Source of the DNA: a virus | DNA length: 64,000 nucleotides | Direction: 5' to 3' (one strand) | Virus record (IMG/VR): IMGVR_UViG_3300044811_000050 | Shown here: piece after piece, positions 59,176 to 64,000 of the stretch | Layout: the number at the start of each line of letters is the position of its first letter | How positions within the stretch are numbered: position 1 is the stretch's first letter | The notes under the pieces: generated by a model | The model's input: the letters and a program-made list of their open reading frames with translations, nothing else | Told to the model about the DNA's origin: nothing | The model's database searches: none | Made by a program: the position numbers and the translations under genes

Positions 59176-60038
59176 TGCTGACCGGGGAGCGGCAGTACGT
59201 CAGCCAGTACGCGGCCGACGTGCTCGGATTGATCATTATGGTCGGTGGCGTCCCCGCCGACCCGGACGACAACGCCGTGACCACCTCGCTGATCAATATC
59301 GACACCCAGGCGGTGGTCTTCACCCGGGCCGCCACCCGGGCCGCCGAGGGCGACTACCGGGTCACCCTGGACGCCGCCGAGTCCGCCCAGCCGGGCGACT
59401 ACCAGGTGCGCTGGGACTACCTGTTGGACGGGGTGTCCAACGCGCATGACACCTTCGTGCAGATCGGCGTGGCCAGCCAGGCCTACGACACGCTGGCCCC
59501 GGGCATGAAGGAAGTGGTCGACCAGGTCTGGATGCGCTTCGCCGACCTGTTCGACTCGCCGATGGGCGGCCCGCACCTCCAGAGCTACTTCCAGTCCGCG
59601 TTCGGCCGGGGCCGGGTGGCCCAGCTGCTGCGGGTGGCGGTGGGCCGGCTGAACACGATCGCCCAGCCGTTTCAGACCTACACCGTGGACGGCGACGGCG
59701 GCGCGAGCTTCCCGATCACCAGCTGGGGCCCGCTGCTGGAGCAGGCCCTGTACGTCGAAGTGATCAAACACCTGCGCCGGTCCTACGTCGAGCAGCCTGA
59801 GTTCCAGGGCTCGGCGGTGGCCCGGCTGGACCGACGCGACTACCTGGAGCGCTGGGGTGAGATCCTGGAGCAGGAAGAGGAGGACCTGAAGAGCCGGCTG
59901 AGCGTGTTCAAGCTGGCGAACATGGGCCTCGGCCGGCCCTCGGTGCTGGTTTCCGGCGGCGTGTACGGCCGGTACGCGCCCACCCGCTACGCAGGAAGCG
60001 CCGCAGCACGCGGACGTTTCTGGTCCCGGATGTACTAA
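59175..60038 (+). CDS. head-tail adaptor / neck protein (putative)
   Basis: Ig-like N-terminus plus helical domain; position after head genes. Confidence 0.55.
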   Translation: MLTGERQYVSQYAADVLGLIIMVGGVPADPDDNAVTTSLINIDTQAVVFTRAATRAAEGDYRVTLDAAESAQPGDYQVRWDYLLDGVSNAHDTFVQIGVASQAYDTLAPGMKEVVDQVWMRFADLFDSPMGGPHLQSYFQSAFGRGRVAQLLRVAVGRLNTIAQPFQTYTVDGDGGASFPITSWGPLLEQALYVEVIKHLRRSYVEQPEFQGSAVARLDRRDYLERWGEILEQEEEDLKSRLSVFKLANMGLGRPSVLVSGGVYGRYAPTRYAGSAAARGRFWSRMY

Positions 60039-60751
60039 TGCCGCCGCCGAGCCAAGCCCTCACCACCACCCGGCTGCTTTTTCCGGAAGACCGCATGACG
60101 TTCGTCTTCGGCGAGCCGGGCAGCCCGATTCTCACCCCTCCTCGGTCCGGGTTGAAGATCTTCACCGATGAGGCGGGAACCACCCCGGCCAACATTCATG
60201 ACCTCAACGGGGTCACCGTCCCGTATTCCACGCTCTACACCGACGCGGACAGCCTGATTCCGGAGTTTTACGGGCCCGCCGGTTTCGTCACCACCCTTTA
60301 CGCCCGGGTGGTCGGCAACATGTCCCGCAGCTACAAGCTGGTCGCGCAATACATTGACCAGCTGGTGAATATGCCCACGCTGGCTTTCGGGAACGGTCCG
60401 CCCTCGTCAAGTACTGGCGGCATCGGCAGCTTTTATCTCGACCGGGGCCTTTCGAATGACCCGAATGTGCCCGACACTCCGGTCATTTACGGTCCGCGCA
60501 CCCTGTCTGGCTGGCCTTCTACCGGTATTCCTTTGCGGGGCCCACAGGGCATTCCGGGGTCCAACTTCATCTGGACCCAGGACGCCCCGTCGGACACCTG
60601 GACGATGGATCATCCGCTGACTTACCACCCGTCGGTGACATTGATTGATTCAAACAATGAGGAGTTCCACGGGGACCTGTCCTATCCGTATGTGGGTCGG
60701 GTGATCGCGCGGCTGGGCGCGCCCGAGACCGGACGAGGAGTCATGACGTGA
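60038..60751 (+). CDS. virion protein with GxGPP/YGP and short collagen-like motif
   Basis: FGNGPPSSSTGGIGSFYLD..IYGPR..GPQGIPG..WTMDHPL. Confidence 0.6.
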   Translation: MPPPSQALTTTRLLFPEDRMTFVFGEPGSPILTPPRSGLKIFTDEAGTTPANIHDLNGVTVPYSTLYTDADSLIPEFYGPAGFVTTLYARVVGNMSRSYKLVAQYIDQLVNMPTLAFGNGPPSSSTGGIGSFYLDRGLSNDPNVPDTPVIYGPRTLSGWPSTGIPLRGPQGIPGSNFIWTQDAPSDTWTMDHPLTYHPSVTLIDSNNEEFHGDLSYPYVGRVIARLGAPETGRGVMT

Positions 60752-60761
60752 GGACCCCGCG

Positions 60762-62270
60762 ATGCTGATCAAGAACAACGTCCGGTTCCAGGGCTACCAG
60801 GCCCAGCAGATGAAGCTGCACGTGCTGGGCGGGGACCCGAGCCTGACCGGCACCGACGGTGGCCGGGTCTGGTGGGACTCCTCCACCGGCCGGTTCCGGG
60901 GCTGGGACGGCTCGGCGATGACCACGCTGACCAACCTGGTCGAGTCGGTCAGCGGTGACGGCACGATCGGCGCCTCGCTCGCCAATAAGATCGTTTCGTT
61001 GTCCATCCCGGCGGCCACCGGTTCCGCCCGAGGCACCATGTCCTCGGCGGACAAGACCAAGCTGGACGCGGCCACCAACGCGTCGACCCCCAACACGCTG
61101 GCGTTGCGGGACGGCAACGGGGACTTCGCCGCCGCCAACATCACCGCGCACCTGGTGGGCACCGCCGACAACGCCACCGCGCTGGGCGGGCAGACCCTGG
61201 CCCAGGTCCGCGATTTCGCCCAGACCACCGGGCAACGCGGCTCGCGCTCGGCGCTCAACGACATCGACACGGTCATCCAGGGCACCCGCCTGGACCAGAT
61301 GACCCCGCCGACCGCCAACGTCTCGTTCAACAGCCAGCGGCTGGTCAGCCTGGCCGACCCGGTCAACCCGACGGACGGCGCGAACAAGCAGTACGTCGAC
61401 TCGGTGGCCTCCGGCCTGGACGTCAAGGCCTCGGTCCGGTTCGCCACCACCGGCGGGCTGACCGCCACCTACGCCAACGGCACCGCCGGGGTCGGCGCGA
61501 CCCTCACCGCGACCTCCAACGGCGCCTGGCCGGTCACCGATGGCGTCACCGCCGTGCTCAACGACCGGGTGCTACTCAAGAACCAGAGCACCCAGAACCG
61601 CAACGGCATCTACCGGATCAGCGACCTCGGATCCGGTTCGACCCCCTGGATCCTCACCCGGGCCATCGACGCCGATCAGGCCGCCGAGGTCACCCCTGGC
61701 ATGTTCGTCTTCGTCGAGGAAGGCACCACCCTCGGCAGGACCGGCTGGGTGCTCAGCTCGACCGGTGCTACCACCATCGGTACCACCTCGCTGCCCTTCA
61801 CCCAGTTCTCCGGCGCGGGCACTTACCTCAACGGCAACGGCCTGAGCCTGACCGGCACCACGTTCGCGGTGGTCGGCACCACCAACCGGATCGCGGTCGG
61901 GGCCGGCGGGGTGGACATCGACGCCGCCTACGTGGGCCAGACCTCGATCACCACGCTGGGCACCATCGGCGCCGGCACCTGGCAGGGCACGGCGGTCGCG
62001 GTGCTCTACGGCGGCACAGGGGCGACCACCCCGGCCGCCGCGCGGACCAACCTGGGCGCCACTACCAAGCAGTCCGCCGACATCCCGGCCGGCACCAGCT
62101 ACACCTTCAACCACGGTCTGGGCACCCGGGACGTGATCGCGGCGGTGCAGGACACCGCCACCCACGAGTACGTCTACGTCGATGTGGTGGCCACCGACGC
62201 CAACAACGTCACCGTGACCTTCGGCGAGACGGTGGCCTCGGCCGCCTATCGCGTGATCGTCATCGGCTGA
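60762..62270 (+). CDS. fibre-like virion protein
   Basis: LADPVNPTDGANKQYVD, DRVLLKNQSTQNRNGIY, VLYGGTGATT, FNHGLGTRDV. Confidence 0.7.
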   Translation: MLIKNNVRFQGYQAQQMKLHVLGGDPSLTGTDGGRVWWDSSTGRFRGWDGSAMTTLTNLVESVSGDGTIGASLANKIVSLSIPAATGSARGTMSSADKTKLDAATNASTPNTLALRDGNGDFAAANITAHLVGTADNATALGGQTLAQVRDFAQTTGQRGSRSALNDIDTVIQGTRLDQMTPPTANVSFNSQRLVSLADPVNPTDGANKQYVDSVASGLDVKASVRFATTGGLTATYANGTAGVGATLTATSNGAWPVTDGVTAVLNDRVLLKNQSTQNRNGIYRISDLGSGSTPWILTRAIDADQAAEVTPGMFVFVEEGTTLGRTGWVLSSTGATTIGTTSLPFTQFSGAGTYLNGNGLSLTGTTFAVVGTTNRIAVGAGGVDIDAAYVGQTSITTLGTIGAGTWQGTAVAVLYGGTGATTPAAARTNLGATTKQSADIPAGTSYTFNHGLGTRDVIAAVQDTATHEYVYVDVVATDANNVTVTFGETVASAAYRVIVIG

Positions 62271-62287
62271 CCTACCAGGGAGAACGA

Positions 62288-62638
62288 ATGAGCCAGCCGC
62301 AGATCCCGGCACAGCCGGAGCCGCACTTCGCCGTCGCCGCGCTGCAAGAGGAGAACCACCGGCAGCGGCAGCTGGCGGCGGACGCCGACGACCGGGCCGT
62401 CTACCTGCGCGCGATGCTGCTTCAGACCGAGGCACAGGCCGCACACACCCAGAGCCTGCACCTGGGCGAGATCGAGACCCTGAAGGCCGAGGTCGAACAG
62501 CTGCGCCGCAAGCTGTTCCAGGACGGCGATACCGAGGCCCAGGACAACGCTGAGGACCCGGAGCTGCTGACCCTGAACATGGACACCCCCGAATCCCTGG
62601 CGCCCGCTCAGGGCCGGAATGGCACCAGGGAGGACTGA
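62288..62638 (+). CDS. coiled-coil hypothetical protein
   Basis: SD-led, heptad pattern. Confidence 0.6.
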   Translation: MSQPQIPAQPEPHFAVAALQEENHRQRQLAADADDRAVYLRAMLLQTEAQAAHTQSLHLGEIETLKAEVEQLRRKLFQDGDTEAQDNAEDPELLTLNMDTPESLAPAQGRNGTRED

Positions 62639-62641
62639 CCC

Positions 62642-63367
62642 ATGCCGATCCCCATCCCGGCTGGTTCCGGTGGGGCGGGGATCCAGCCTCGTGTCCCGCA
62701 CTACTACCTGCGCCACCGGCAGGACTGGGCCATCGAGCAGGAGCGGCTGCGGCACAACGAGGCGCTCTACCACCTCGGTGAATGGATCTTCCTGATCCTG
62801 ATGTGGACCCAGCTGGACCACGACCGAGGGCTGGTCGCGCGGTGCACCCGGTGCTGGGGCACCGGCGGGCACAAGGCCCGGGTCGCCGAGGCCTACAAGC
62901 AGCCCACCCAGAACGAGTGCCCGACCTGCTTCGGCACCACCTTCGAGGGTGGCTTCCGGGCCCGGATCATCCGGCCGGCGATGATCACCGACGTGGAGGA
63001 GACCGAGCGGCAGGACCGGCGTGGCTCGGCGCACCCGGCCGGCGTGACGGTGCAGACCACGGTGGACTTCCGCACCCGGCCCGGCGACTTCATGATCCGG
63101 GCGGACGGCTCGCGCTGGCGGCTGACCGACGCCCAACGGCTTCAGGTGCACCAGGGCTACGAGCACACCAACCAGGTCGAGCTGGGCACCTCCTACACGC
63201 TGCGCGCGGGGGTGGAGGAGATCGGCTCGGTGGCCTACTTGCTGCCGCCGGCCACCGCGACGGCGAAGACGTTGCTGTCGCGTCCCATGCAGCTGCCCAG
63301 CGACTTCAGCTTCACCCCCTACGAGCAGATCGTCGGGCCGCTTGTGCCAGAGAGCCTGATCGACTGA
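62642..63367 (+). CDS. head-tail/neck protein with CxxC pairs (putative)
   Basis: RCTRCW..CPTCFGTTFEGGF; structural position. Confidence 0.55.
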   Translation: MPIPIPAGSGGAGIQPRVPHYYLRHRQDWAIEQERLRHNEALYHLGEWIFLILMWTQLDHDRGLVARCTRCWGTGGHKARVAEAYKQPTQNECPTCFGTTFEGGFRARIIRPAMITDVEETERQDRRGSAHPAGVTVQTTVDFRTRPGDFMIRADGSRWRLTDAQRLQVHQGYEHTNQVELGTSYTLRAGVEEIGSVAYLLPPATATAKTLLSRPMQLPSDFSFTPYEQIVGPLVPESLID

Positions 63368-64000
63368 TGCTGACCGCGCCCGAAGTCAAGATCGCGGCCG
63401 GCACCCCGGACCGCATGATCATGCTGTTCCGTGACCTGTCCGAGGAGGACGCGGTCCACCTGTCCGAGGACGCCATGTGGCGGGCCCGCCAGCGGATGCC
63501 CCGGGTGACCGGGCTGACCGCCAGCCGGGTGCTGCCGATCTCCGGGCGGCGTTGGTTCGGGCTGTACTTCGACGCGACGGCGTGGCGACTGGAGCGCGGC
63601 ACCGGGCCGCACACCATGCGTTCCCTGGCCGGCAAGACCGTCCCCATGTGGATAACCGATGTGGACGGCTCGGAGCGCCGCAACAACCCGAAGGCCAAGG
63701 TGCGCCGCACCGAGGACGGCCGGGTCCAAGTGCTGATCTTCCGGAAGGCCGCCAAGATGGGGGCCCGGCGCACCGTGAAAAGCCGCTGGGGGACGACGTA
63801 TCAGGCCCCGGCGTCCTACCCGGGCGCGCCGGGCCGGATCAACCGGCGCACCCCCGGCATGCCGTGGACCCCGATCGGGCTCAAGGGCGGGGCCATCGCG
63901 GCCGGCAACGTCGGGGTGCGCTGGCGGCACCCGGGCATCCGGGGCATGCAGTTCCTCAACTCCGCGCTGGCCGAGGCCGCGTTCGACGCCGGGCTAATCA
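63367..64000 (+). CDS. virion morphogenesis protein, truncated by window end
   Basis: TGATG-coupled start; open to end of window; GTGPHTMRSLAGKTVPMW, WRHPGI. Confidence 0.55.
   Translation, partial: MLTAPEVKIAAGTPDRMIMLFRDLSEEDAVHLSEDAMWRARQRMPRVTGLTASRVLPISGRRWFGLYFDATAWRLERGTGPHTMRSLAGKTVPMWITDVDGSERRNNPKAKVRRTEDGRVQVLIFRKAAKMGARRTVKSRWGTTYQAPASYPGAPGRINRRTPGMPWTPIGLKGGAIAAGNVGVRWRHPGIRGMQFLNSALAEAAFDAGLI

Overview
The whole window reads as part of a large, GC-rich actinobacteriophage genome. The head genes (portal, protease, major capsid) resemble those of Bxz1/cluster C-type and Rhodococcus E3-type myoviruses; this is recognition from memory, not a database search. Positions 1-29470 hold a dense early/accessory region of short overlapping ORFs, including thyX, an HNH nuclease, an ArdC-like protein and HTH proteins. 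Two minus-strand islands interrupt it: a pair of polysaccharide-lyase-type depolymerases (12507-15362) and a Streptomyces-plasmid-type TraB/Spd conjugation module (20677-26000). Positions 29490-64000 hold head, fibre and neck morphogenesis genes with three free-standing homing endonucleases. No terminase, integrase, endolysin or CRISPR array is recognisable. The most notable observations are: (1) a TraB conjugation module with clt-like palindromic repeats inside a phage; (2) head-region polyproteins carrying enzyme cargo domains flanked by recurring R/K-x-A motifs; (3) two 101-nt tRNA-like elements, one with alanine identity elements but no anticodon loop; (4) a covarying hairpin over early-gene Shine-Dalgarno sequences; (5) distinct early and late promoter motifs; (6) an HNH insertion that repairs its host gene with a synonymously recoded duplicate.
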